Source: Octopus bimaculoides (lineage: Eukaryota). Taken from it: a stretch of DNA of 64,000 nucleotides. A program made the position numbers and the translations under genes. The notes under the pieces are model-generated. The model had not been told where the DNA came from and searched no databases. It saw nothing but the letters and a program-made list of their open reading frames with translations. Shown piece by piece: positions 26,542 through 38,530 of this stretch (positions are counted from its first letter, which is position 1; each line of letters starts with the position of its first letter). The stretch covers positions 17,838,631-17,902,630 of the forward strand of contig NC_068998.1 in assembly GCF_001194135.2 (NCBI RefSeq), written 5' to 3'.

Positions 26542-27189
26542 ATTAAATTCACTCACAAGGCATTAGTTGGGCTGGGGCTATAGTAAAAGATACTTACCCA
26601 AGGCGTCACACACATTGGAATTGAACCTGAAACTCCATAGTTGCAATGCAAACTTCTTAACCACACAGCTATACCTGCAGAGAATACTTTTTTAGTTTTT
26701 GGTTGAATGGGAGGTTTTTGTGGTAAATCGTCCATAGCAGCTACGCAGACAAATAGTTGACCTAACAATCTAATAGTATGAAATCTGAAACTATGAACTG
26801 TTGTCCTCTTTATAGAAGATATCATTGAGAGTGAGTCAACAAGGCAGTATCTACATGGTTGCTTGATTTACTAGCTGTAATTACCAAACCTTTGAGAGAA
26901 GTAAAGTTACATGTGTGTCCAAGACAGTGTACTCTTAGAAATGAGATGGTCACACTTGAATGATTTTGATCTTAAGTCTGCTCAATCAGGTCATTAATGA
27001 GATGAATAAAGAAATGTTATTGAAGGAAAAAAAGTTTTAAATGCTTTTGCATGTTGTAGTGAGAGTAATTGTTGGCAAATTATAACTGCTATGTTCTGAC
27101 CTAAAGAAAGTACTGGTGGGATGATAGTAGATAGCTATGCTCTTTCTGCACTCTCAGTTAATCTGAATCTTTTGTTTTTTAATTTACTG

Positions 27190-27502
27190 CACCTGTGCCC
27201 TGGCTCTTGTAAAGACATTCGAGTGAGATTGTTGCCAGTGCCGCTGGACTGGCTCCTGTGCAGGTGGCACGTAAAAGACACCATTTCGAGCGTGGCCGTT
27301 GCCAGTACCGCCTGACTGTGTGGCACGTAAAAGCACCCACTACACTCTCGGAGTGGTTGGCGTTAGGAAGGGCATCCAGCTGTAGAAACTCTGCCAAATC
27401 AGATTGGAGCCTGGTGTAGCCACCTGGTTCACCAGTCCTCAGTCAAATCGTCCAACCCATGCTAGCATGGAAATTGGACGTTAAACAATGATGATGATGA
27501 TG
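27190..27502 (+). mobile_element. SINE 3' part with RTE-like tail, relatively young
   Basis: Repeated GTGGCACGTAAAAG units, GGAGTGGTTGGCGTTAGGAAGGGCATCCAG, tail CCAACCCATGCTAGCATGGAAA..GGACGTTAAAC(ATG)n. Confidence 0.8.
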
Positions 27503-27885
27503 GTGGTTGAAATTGTTCATTTCAGTATCCTCCCTTTTTCCTTTCTTTCATCAAAGTAACTGTTATGTTTCTGCCAAGGGTCCTCTCTCTCTTTCTCTCA
27601 TTCAGCAATATGATTATTAGTGAATATTGTGGGTTGATTCATCAGCTTCATTTAATGTCCAGTTTTCCCCTGAATTCATGGGTTGGACAGAGTTTATTTG
27701 AGGCAGATTTTCTTTGTCAGATGCCCTGCCTGTTGCCAAACCTAACCTGTTTCCAAGCAAGGTAATATTTCCCCAAGGCCAGACATGTCCATGCAGAATA
27801 TTGGAAACTACTCGTGTGACAGTGACACTCATTTACAACTATCACATGAAATTAGGATAAGGGGACGGACACATGCATGCGCGCG

Positions 27886-27942
<57 letters not shown>

Positions 27943-29459
27943 NNNNNNNNNNNNNNNNNNNNNNNNNNNNNNNNNNNNNNNNNNNNNNNNNNNNNNNNNN
28001 NNNNNNNNNNNNNNNNNNNNNNNNNNNNNNNNNNNNNNNNNNNNNNNNNNNNNNNNNNNNNNNNNNNNNNNNNNNNNNNNNNNNNNNNNNNNNNNNNNNN
28101 NNNNNNNNNNNNNNNNNNNNNNNNNNNNNNNNNNNNNNNNNNNNNNNNNNNNNNNNNNNNNNNNNNNNNNNNNNNNNNNNNNNNNNNNNNNNNNNNNNNN
28201 NNNNNNNNNNNNNNNNNNNNNNNNNNNNNNNNNNNNNNNNNNNNNNNNNNNNNNNAAAAGTTGACTTTTCAATAATCACAAGGTTACTAAACAAAAAACC
28301 CATGATACATTCATGGCTAACTTCACTGGACTTGTGAAAATTATCTTTGCCAGCAACATAGTATGCTGCCAGTAATAGGATATGGACCAGTAGGCCAGCA
28401 TCTTATTGATTTGGCTGCTTATTGCTCTTCATCATATTTATTACCTTTTGAAAATGGCAACATTTTAAATTTGAAACTGCAAAAGCAAAATAAAAGAAAT
28501 ATTCAAGTATGGAGCAATTTTTTTTTAATCTTTATTTTCAACAGATGGCCTTTCCAATTGTTTTTCTGTCTGTCCCCCCCCCCCATCCCAATATCTTATA
28601 CCTTTTGTCAGTCCATTAGAAATTTCTCAAAATTGTTCATGTTATTGAATATTTTCTCTTTTATCATTAAGTGCTGCTGTTACAACTATAGTCATTATTT
28701 AGGAGGAGAAAAAATAAAAGATGGCTGAGAGTTAATTCCTTTTCCATGTGATAGCTGTAGAAATAAAATTAATTTTAGATAATACTATTGTAGAAATAAA
28801 AACTAATCTCAAATGAAAATAATGATAATAATAATAAAATCAAAAGCAAGAAGTGTTTGACTGCAAGAGTATGAAATGCTGATGGGACTGGATACAACAG
28901 ATTCAAGCTGCTGGGTTTATTTATCACTTCCTAGACCAACTACTGCAAGATTTATGTTGTGAAAAGTGATATATTTGCTGTTGTGGCACAAAAATAATGA
29001 CTGCACTCTACAATTGCTATTTCTAGAAATAGAAATAGTAATTCATAATGGCTGTCTGACTTCAGAAAAATAAAACTATGGTGGAATTTCCAATATCCGT
29101 TTCTTTCTATGCACTGATTTCAGACTTTAAAAAAAAATCTATTTATGATTTGTTTATTAATAAATTATCTTATTCATTATCATAAAGTAATGTTATTAAA
29201 GGACTGTTGTAGGCGGAATAGATTAATCTGGCTCAGGCTTGATTAATTGCATTGTATTATTATTATTATTATTATTATTATCATCATCATCATATATTGT
29301 GTAGGGTATAATGAGAGTTGTCTTCCTTACATGTGAATTATGTGTGTGCGTGTGTGTGTGTGTGTATGTGCATATATATATATATACACACACACATCTA
29401 TGTATAATGAAAAATGACAACATAGGAGAGAGAAGGTTTAACAAATGTTATTAATTTAA

Positions 29460-29918
29460 AGCTTTAATGGGGAGAGAAAGTGTCTTAAGATTTTGGGTGT
29501 TAGTCCTTTATCAGAAGTAAAAAAGAAGTACACTGAGGGAAAGAGAGAAGGGAGGAAAACAAAGGTTTAGAAACTGGGTGGTAATGTTGTTTCATGAGGT
29601 GGAGAAATTAAAAAGGAAGGAGGGGCAGGTGTGTATATGAAGATATAAAAATATATATCTGTGTCTGGAAGCAAGTAGAAGAGGAGAGAGGTGTGTATAT
29701 GGTTGCGTATGTGAAATGCATGTGTGTGGAAGTATAATGGTGTGGATATATGAGGTGTGTGTATGTAATTATTGTGTGGTAAGATAGCGTGGACGTGAAG
29801 AGGTGAAAATGGGTACAAGTGAGAGGAAAAAAGTAAAGAGAGTATGTTGGTGAGGCAAGTTGGAAAGACAGGAGAACTTTAGTCTATGGGTGAGAGACAT
29901 TTAAGGCAGAGGAAAAGC
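29460..29918 (-). mobile_element. Decayed 3' end of a Penelope-like retroelement
   Basis: Minus strand gives LKCLSP(h/r)L at ~29905-29885, resembling the L.tL.P.GLN end of Penelope ORFs. A pyrimidine-rich tract follows, then a decayed hammerhead CTGATAA-AGGAC-TAAC-ACCC-AAAA at 29514-29491. Confidence 0.45.
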
Positions 29919-29922
29919 TTAA

Positions 29923-30142
29923 CCCGTTAGTGTTCAAATTACTCTGCCAAATGTAATGCTTTTTTATTAATACTGTTTTGAATTAATCATGTATTGTCTC
30001 ATAGCTTTGAAGTTGTGATGATGTTATTGTCTAGTTTTAGAATGACATTGTAGGGTAGGTGTGAGAGGTTAGATCAGGCCAGTTTGAACATAAAACAGAA
30101 GGAATATTTGGACTGGATATGGCCGGTTTAAACACTAAAGGG
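29923..30142 (-). mobile_element. ~220 bp piggyBac-type MITE, copy 2
   Basis: TTAA-CCCGTTAG ... CACTAAAGGG-TTAA. Reverse-complement homology to copy 1. Confidence 0.85.
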
Positions 30143-32193
30143 TTAAATTAAAATAAGCAAAAAATATGAGCCCTGTGAAGAGAATGAAAAGGTATTCTAT
30201 ATGCATATTTGTATAAGATATAATAATATGTACCATTTGTATGTATAAGATATAGTACATGTACAATTTGTATATATGTATGTGTGTGTATAATTTTATG
30301 TACATATGTGTGCATGTATATATGTATAGTATATGTAGTTTATATGCATACACATCAAATAATGGGCATGAATAAAAGGTGAATGCTGTTTCTATCTCTA
30401 GAGCAGATTTAGTGTGCCACAAGGGTAACCTTTGTGAATTATAACACACAGTTATGACTTGATGTCAGAAGTTTTGTCTGTATTGGATTATTAACTTCTT
30501 CAGTGTATATCATCATCTGTGCTAATGGTGCTTTGCTGCTCAGGTTTTGTTTGTCAGTAATGTGACACTAAGTCACTGAAAGTGCTGGGGTTGTTTTGTC
30601 TGATTAAAACCCTTAAAGATGGTATCCTGGCATGTTCACAGCCCAATGACTGAAACAAGTGTAAAAGATAAAAGTTGGCTCTTAAGAAGGATGAGCCACT
30701 GATATAAGTCAAAATTTCAGTAATACTATTGCTGCTGCCGCTGCTACTACTGATTGAAGTAAAGATGTTTTTTGTCTGTTGCACATATGGAGAAAGCTAT
30801 AGTAAAAATGTATATGCACATGTCATAAAAAACTTTAACAATTTCCTGTGCGCCTATGTATATGTAGGTTTAACATCTGAGTTTAGTTTGTATATATTGG
30901 TCCTTGGGTGAGATGGTGTCTCAGTAATACAGTATCTACAGTAATACAGAAACTCATGAAAATTTTTGATGTGGCTAAAGCTGTAGCATTGTGTGAAGAG
31001 CTGAAAAAGTCGAGAGACACATGTATTGGTGAGGCTATGTGTTCTGTTGAGTATATCAATACTGACAAATGTTTTGTAAACAAAGCAGGTAGAGAGTTGC
31101 AAAATGTGTGAGAATGATAAAATTTCAGATTCAGTTTTGTCCTGTACATGCAAAGAGTGATATTGATATGCCAAATCAGTCCATTTCACAAAAATGTGCA
31201 AGTCGTGGTTGCTCCACTAAAAGGAAAACGTTTAAGCAATTTAATTAGCTTAAGAGAAAGGATGCATTATGTGTGGGTATACAAGACTGGATGCCACTTA
31301 CCATAGGTATATATGGGCTTTATTAATTAGAAGTAATAGATGAGGGCACAATGACGTGTATTATCTCTGACTATTGGTGAGAGGTTATCTGATTTCATCT
31401 GCATTCAGTGACTATGTTTCACTGTCACACTTCACACGATGGACCCCTCATTATGGAAAAAACATTACAATCCCTTTCAGGTTATATACAATGACTGCTG
31501 CAGGGTTCATTGTATCTATTCATTGTTTGGATGTTAACTGTTCTGCATCCACTCTCTGAATTATCTGACATTTGTACACATAAGTAAATAATTAGTTTGC
31601 TGATTTCCATAAACAGCATCTCATACACTTGATAAATTCTTCAGTCTGTTTGGGTAGCTTTGACTGAGGAGATACACAACAAGGTCAAAACAACACAGTG
31701 TCTTATAGTCTCCTCACATGAGCAAATCCTGCGTGTTATGAACATATATCATCTAAAGGAATTAGGTACTCTCAAATGACGAGAAACAATAGCAATTAGA
31801 CATTCACATTCAAATCTGCCTGAACATATTAAGAATGAGGCGATACATCGATGCTCTCTCATTTTCTTCTTTATATCCATTACATGTTTGCTCCATGAAC
31901 AACTCACAATGTTTTTTCATCCAGCATATGCTTGTCTCTTCTGTGTACACATTAGCCAATAGCTTTGATGTTGGGTTAATTTCTAAACTAAATTGTGCAA
32001 GACTTTTCTATAAGTTAACATTGTTCATCCAAAAGCCATACTTAATCTATACCTTTTCTATTGTTGCAAGATCTCTTCATTCACTGTTTACTCTTCACCA
32101 TGTACATCACAACTCTCATACATAGTCGGGCTTTTGTATGGAGTAAAAAGTTATTTATTGTTAATAAAACTTACAGCTCTTTTAGTTTCTTAA

Positions 32194-33110
32194 CCCCATG
32201 ACAACAGTTTGTTTTTTTTCAATCAAGAAACTAGGTTGCATTGACAGCAATCATCTCGGCTGAGATCAACAATTAGCTTTAACCAGTTTACAACAGTGGT
32301 TCATTTGGTTGCCTGTGCACAGCAATGGTTATCTTGCTGATGAGGTCAGCACTCGGTGTGAGATAATGTTTGGCATATATTTATGTCAGTCGCTTTAGTG
32401 CAAGTACTGTTTATTTACCTAAACTATACCCCTGTGCAAGACGCTCGTGCAGTATTATTCCTGAATAAGATCATTCGACAGCACAAGTCAGATCAACTTC
32501 ATGTATTTAAAATCACGTGAATTCAAAAACTGACTTTAGTGTGGTAGAGTTCAAAACAGAGTACCACACACAGTAACATCTCACATTGTGAACATTGGTA
32601 TCTAGTTTCCTTATGTTTCCCTTTTGCTTTACATACTATGCATCTCTTTGAAGTATTTGTCTTCTTAGTGGTGGTGGTGGGGGAAACAGTCATGGAAAAT
32701 GTCCACGTCGGTTTACCATACGGCGAGGAGAGAGTCCAGTGTGGGGATGTTCTCATGTCCTGTACTTTGGCAAGTCTGCTTCTATCATTTCATAGAATAA
32801 GAGATTCTTGAGTATGAATCCATCCGCCACACTGCCAAGCATCTGCCAGATCAAATGTGAATTCATGACACACATGTCAGCTATATAGAAGAAAATTTTT
32901 TTGTTCCATTTCACAAATTTTCTCACTGATTTGTGTGTTGTTACCAGCTGATCTGTGCGATTGGCTCCCATCCATCCCTTCATTGTATGGTTTCATTAGT
33001 GCATTACTGTCTGCATCTTGTTTCATAGTATCCTTCATGCTTGCTGAATACATTCCTTGCTCCTTTTGTAATATAAAGAAAAACTCACTTTTTACTCTTG
33101 ATTTCTCTTG
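32194..33110 (-). mobile_element. piggyBac (PGBD4-like) transposon, 3' remnant
   Basis: Minus strand MKPYNEGM.G.NRTDQL..VRKFVKWNKKIFFYIADMCVMNS, and C-terminal Cys-rich KRCIVCKAKGKHKETRYQCSQCEMLLCVVLCFELYHT. Terminus TTAA (32190-32193) followed by CCCC. Confidence 0.85.
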
Positions 33111-34476
33111 TTACCCATGTTGCTGACCATTTTCATCTTCAAGTATTTTAACTCTTTTTTGGACTTTAAAATTCTTATGAAGTTATTCAGATGGAGTTGG
33201 TCAGAAATACTTGGTCGTGAACATACATACAGAACTTATTTGAGTTTATTTATTTATCTGTTTAATTTTTTAATAGAAAGTGGATGAATGGAAATAGTGG
33301 TGGGTCAGTTTTGCTTAATAACAAATGAAAGTAGTGCTATTGAAAAAAAAAAGAAAAATTACATCTAATGCTTTAGTGATACAGGTATTTGATAATTCTT
33401 GATATCAGAACAATAAGTACATCACTCTGACTTCTTAATGAAGAACTGCTATCAGATACACTTGTACAACAATTTATAACAGAAGAATTTTTATTGCTTT
33501 ATATGGTTTCATATATAGCAGTAAAAGAAAGATCAAAGAATTTTTAATGGTACTAGTTGAGTTGAAGAAATGAAACTAAGCTGAACATAGGGTGACTCAG
33601 GAGTCAGAATATAGAATGTGTAAAATTAAATACTGTAAGTTTAGCATTCTGAGGGACTGATATGGCATAGGTTTGCTCCCGAACATGTTTCAGCTTATTG
33701 CAGTCTCTTTGCTATGCTAGTAAAATGACCGCTATTCCTCAGAGCTAGCTAATTACATAACTCTTCCACTCAGGTCCGCTTGATACACTTGTCTCCCCAC
33801 CAACCCTGTACTTAACACTATGCTCAATTTTTCTTTCTCTACAGAATCAAATCTCTAGAATAATTCCTTCCTTGCCTATAATATATTTTCCTTCAGTTGT
33901 TCAAGATGGACATCAACTGTATCAATCTTATAAAGTCATGAGCAGACCACTTTCTTCCTGATAAATTCATATGGGGCAGAGGCAGGTGGAATTGTTTAAG
34001 AATTTTGGTATTAGCAGGCAATTCCAACATTTGAATTTCAGAATTGAGAAATACGTTAATTTTTCTTCCTCTTCAAATAACTTAATTGATTTTTGATTTA
34101 AAAAAAATAGCTGATGTTGACATAAACCTAGTAAACTGATTACAAATGGTATTAACATAATTTTTATTAAATGTAACATTTTAAATTCCTTTTGATTATT
34201 TCTGTATTCATTTTTAATTTATTAATTTGATGTTGGAACTGCCAAAAATGTCTGGAAATATAATAAATGTTAAAAGATTTAAGAAAAATTAAATATATTT
34301 AAAAAATTTTTTCTTTTTATTTGAGATTAAAATAGACTTGGTCTCTAAAATTGAACAGTTAGAGATATATTTTAAATAGAAAAACCAGTATCACTTTTCC
34401 AAAATCAAGATTAGAAACAACCTGATAGAAAACTCGTATGCAAAATCTATTTATGAAACTTTGATAGAGAAAAATA

Positions 34477-34516
34477 ATGAAAAGATTTGCAATTAGTTTT
34501 GACAAATTAACATCAG
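34477..34516 (+). CDS. Candidate first coding exon of PIP5K1 (MKRFAISFDKLTS-G)
   Basis: ATG at 34477, 13 codons plus 1 nt, donor CAG|gtaaag. Phase 1 joins exon 35991 in frame (TCA G|GC ATG). Supported only by splice signal and phase. Confidence 0.35.
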
Positions 34517-34977
34517 GTAAAGTTTTTTAAAAATGATTATGTAAAGTCTGTTAGTTAATTCTGACATTTTGCAATTTTATTTTCTCCAAGTGTCAAACTT
34601 TGTTAATGAATGTATAACTTCCCTAAATCATTATATTAGAACAGCCATTAAATTTTATTTTAATTGTTTTTATGGCTGGTTTACCTTCCTGTTGTCAACC
34701 CTAACTTGATTCCAAGGAACGTAATATTTCCTCATGATCAGGTAATGTTTTTTTATGGAAGACTGGAAATGAACAACACCACTTGTGTGACAGTGATGCT
34801 CATTTACAACCAGCACCTGATGTCAAGATAAGTAGTTACCATCTACCAAATCCACTCATAAGGCTTTGGTCAGCCCAAAGTTATAGTAGATGCTTGCCCA
34901 AGGTACTACATGGTGGGGCTGAACTTGAGTCCATATGGTTGGGAAACAAGCTTCTCAACCACACAGCTACACTTATG

Positions 34978-35016
<39 letters not shown>

Positions 35017-35757
35017 ACAGTCCAAGAAACATATCTTAGTTATTTATATTTTTAAACAGCTTAAGAAACCTAAATAAGATGTGAGCTTTTGTCTCGATCT
35101 TGTATCATGTTCATTATTGCTTTTATATCTGCTTTTTCCATGCTGAAAGGAATTGGATAAGATTTCTTGAGAGAATATTCTACAATCAGATGCCTCTCCT
35201 GATGTTAATCCTTGTTTTCAAGTAAGGTAATTTATTAGGCTTCTTCCTGCATTCAACTGCCTGGTTGCCAGACTTTTTATTTATGCTGGTTATAAATTTA
35301 AACACTGCCCAAACATTGTCGCATATTCTTGAAGGGCTCTGAATAGTTTCCATGTGTCAAATTTCACTTCTCAGGCATTGGCCAACCTGAGTCTATAGTA
35401 GAAGACACTTACCCAATGTGCTACACAGTGAGATTGAACCCAAAATGGTGTGGCTGTTTAGCAAACTTCTTAACTACACATCTATGTCTGCACTCATGTT
35501 CTTTAATAATGAACTATTATTATTGTTGTTGTGTAGCTTCAGGTCAGCTCTGATCAAGCAGACTCTTATCATGAAGTAGTTGGTCAAACAACAATTTCTT
35601 TTGTTCCAAATAGTGGTTGCTTAACTTGCTAGAATCTCCTTCATAGTTCACCATGCTATCTTGAAAATGGATGATGACTATATTGGGTGAAGTAATCCTG
35701 AATATATCAGAAAAGGCTGATATATTGCTAGGCTACTGTGTGTTAGAAATAACTTGG

Positions 35758-35880
35758 TGTTGTTGCTATTGATGGACTGTTGATATACTGCAGGACTGTT
35801 GTTGCTATTGATGGACTGTTGATATACTGTAGATGGACTGGTGTTGCTATTGATAGACTGTTGTTGCTGTTGATTTGCCA
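35758..35880. repeat. 39-42 bp imperfect minisatellite, ~2.5 copies
   Basis: Unit GTTGCTATTGATGGACTGTTGATATACTG(CAG/TAGAT)GACTG. Confidence 0.85.
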
Positions 35881-35990
35881 TTGTTGTTATTGATTTACTG
35901 ACATTTTGGACAGTTAAATATGTGTATGTATTTGCAATTTAAAACATCAGTTTCTTTATTCATTGAACTTTGTTCATTTTCTCTCTACAG

Positions 35991-36031
35991 GCATGAAAAA
36001 AGCTGATAAACAGAAACCAATGCCTCTAGAT
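35991..36031 (+). CDS. PIP5K1: Probable upstream coding exon of PIP5K1 ((G)MKKADKQKPMPLD)
   Basis: Strong acceptor ttcattttctctctacag and consensus donor GAT|gtaagt. The 41 nt are open, start in phase 1 and end in phase 0, matching the phase-0 start of exon 47132. No homology support for the peptide. Confidence 0.6.
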
Positions 36032-36567
36032 GTAAGTATAATTAATTGATTTCTAATATTTCACCAAGTAAAAAGTTGGCCATTGTTTTTGAGTTTGCTT
36101 TAGTTAGTTTCACTAAACGTAAAACACAAGTTAATTTCCAGTATGGAATGACAGATCTAAGATAATCACATTCTGTTGGTTTCTGTTTTTCAGATGCTTT
36201 TAAAACTAGTTTTAACTTTAATTTTTATTTATAGTGCTTATTGTTATCAGAAGGAAGTGAACATGAATAAAATGGACATTACTTTATATCTAGCTAACTA
36301 CAGTTAACTTTTAGGGTATGATGAAAGGAAGTGTTATCCCAGTTTGCACGGATCAACTTGATATCATCTCTGTATTCTTACTCCCACCCTTTCTATGTAT
36401 CAATTCCTTCTAGAAATTTCCTCACTCCCTGACTTTTGATCCTTTCTTGTCTGCCAAATACTGTAAGTGTAGGATTTATTCCTTCCTCTTGGCCAGTATT
36501 TCTCAATAAGGTTTTGTTGTTAAAGTTTATCTGCAATTAGTTGGTTATCCACAATACACAAAATATT

Positions 36568-36963
36568 TCAACAACTTTTTTCTGTTGTTGTTGGCACTCC
36601 GTCACTTACGACGTCGAGGGTTCCATTTGATCCGATCAATGGAACAGCCTGCTCGAGAAATTAACGTGCAAGTGGCTGAGCACTCTACAGACACGTGTAC
36701 CCTTAACATAGTTCTCGGGGATATTCAGCGTGATACAGTGTGGCAAGGCTGGCCCTTTGAATTACAGGTACAACAGAAACAGGAAGTAAGAGTGAGAGAA
36801 AGTTGTGGTGAAAGAGTACAACAGGGTTCGCCACCACCCCCTGCCGGAGCCTCGTGGAGCTTTAGGTGTTTTTGCTCAATAAACACTCACAACGCCCGGT
36901 CTGGGAATCGAAACCGCGATCCTATGACTGCAAGTCTGCTGCCCTAACCTGTCATTGTGCCTC
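36568..36963 (-). mobile_element. Relatively young CpG-rich tRNA-derived SINE (separate family)
   Basis: Minus strand head GGTTAGGGCAGCAGACTTGCAGTCATAGGATCGCGGTTTCGATTCCC, GC-rich body and (CAA)n tail. A related head fragment lies at ~26090-26168 (-). Confidence 0.75.
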
Positions 36964-37092
36964 TCTACAACTTTTTTCTATACAATTCTTAATAAAAATA
37001 GAATAGAATTTTTTAAACATCAAATGGTTATGCGGATCCATCCAAGTAAAATTGGAACCAAAGAGATCCATAGGCAAAAAATGGTTGAGAAT

Positions 37093-37580
37093 CATCATCA
37101 TCGTTTAACGTCCATCTTCCATGCTGGCAGGGGTTGGACTGTTCGACCTGGGTCTGGGAAGCCAGGTAGTTGCACCAAGCCCCAATCTGATCTGGCAGTG
37201 TTTCTACAACTGGATGCCCTTCCTAATGCCAACCACTCCAAGAGTGTAGTGGGTGCTTTTTACATGCCACCGGCACAGGAGCCAGAGGAGCTGGCAATGA
37301 CCATGATTGATGGTACTTTTTACATGCCACTGGCACAGAAGCCAGTCAAAGAGGCACTGGCAACAGCCATGTTCGGATGGTGCTTTTTACGTGTTACTGG
37401 TATGGGGGTCACAACTACAATTTCATTTGATTTGATTTTGATATTGCTGTTGCTGTTGATGTACTTGACTCCATAGGTCTCCTCAAGCATGGCATGTCGC
37501 CCTATGATCCAAGGTACTTTTGAGTGGGCTGGTTATGCGACACTGGTGTAGGTTACAGCTGTGGACTCACTGCTTTAGAT
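37093..37580 (-). mobile_element. SINE with RTE-like tail, reverse orientation
   Basis: (CAT)n-CGTTTAACGTCC..CCATGCTGGCA, CTGGATGCCCTTCCTAATGCCAACCACTCC, repeated TTTTACATGCCAC units. Confidence 0.8.
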
Positions 37581-37960
37581 TTTTTCTTCACATTCACACC
37601 ATCACATTTTAAAAAAATTTTAATCTGGTTGATGATGGTGGATGATGGAAAAACTGTTGGAGGGTAACTGACAAATAATACATCTGACTTGATCATCTTT
37701 CTTGCTTTCTTAGCATCTCTTTTCTCATTCGCAGTCTTTTCTTACTCTTGTTTTATCCCCTCATTATTCTCTCATATTCATTATTTTCTCTTTCATCTCT
37801 CTCTGTATTTTATAAAAGTATTTGAAGGAGGAAGAGCAGTAACCATGACTAGCTCTCCAGACCAGTAATATTGATGTGGCTTGATGCCCATATTGAATAT
37901 CTGCAGGTCAATGTCTGCTGGAAATAAAAAAGGAAGTGGGGGAGGGATTTGGTTTTAAGG

Positions 37961-38003
<43 letters not shown>

Positions 38004-38049
38004 CGAACTTTGCTAAAGACCCCCAGAACAAGGTGATGTTAAACTGAGC

Positions 38050-38530
38050 AGTGTATTTTATTTCCACTATCTCTTCTTACCCTTTTCACCACAGTCAATC
38101 TCTATTTTCTCTCTTCATCTCTTCCTTTCCACCTCAACTCCAATTCTCTCCACCCTATTTTCACTTGTCTTTCTTACCTCTCTGCCTCTGTTTCTCTTCC
38201 CCTCTCTCTGCTTCTCTTCCCCCTCTCTTTTTGCCTCTCTTTTCCCCCTCCCCACTTCTTTTCTACCCTCCCTGCTTATTTTCTCCAGTCTCCACCCCTA
38301 ATCCCCTTTTCTGTCCCTCTCCCTTCCCTCTCCCTCTCTTATCCTCTGTTCTTCCCTCCCTCTCCATCCCTCTTTTTATCTTCTCCATCTCACTCCCCCT
38401 CTCTGTCTCTCTTCGCTCCCTTCCCCTCCCTTTGCCACTTTGCCTCCCTCTTTCCCATCCCCCTTCCCCACACTTTTGTCTCTCTCTTTTTTCTCAGTTG
38501 CATGCCCATCATCTCAATACTCTGCTTTTG
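38050..38530. repeat. Non-periodic polypyrimidine (C/T-rich) low-complexity tract
   Basis: About 0.5 kb dominated by C and T on the + strand. The 175 aa L/P/S/F-rich ORF is a compositional artefact. Confidence 0.8.

Noticed and set aside
27785-28337. Long ORFs spanning N gaps (also 52186-52960 and 26279-26566) and HTHT/CVCV/YIYI ORFs
   Set aside because: Artefacts of gaps and dinucleotide microsatellites.
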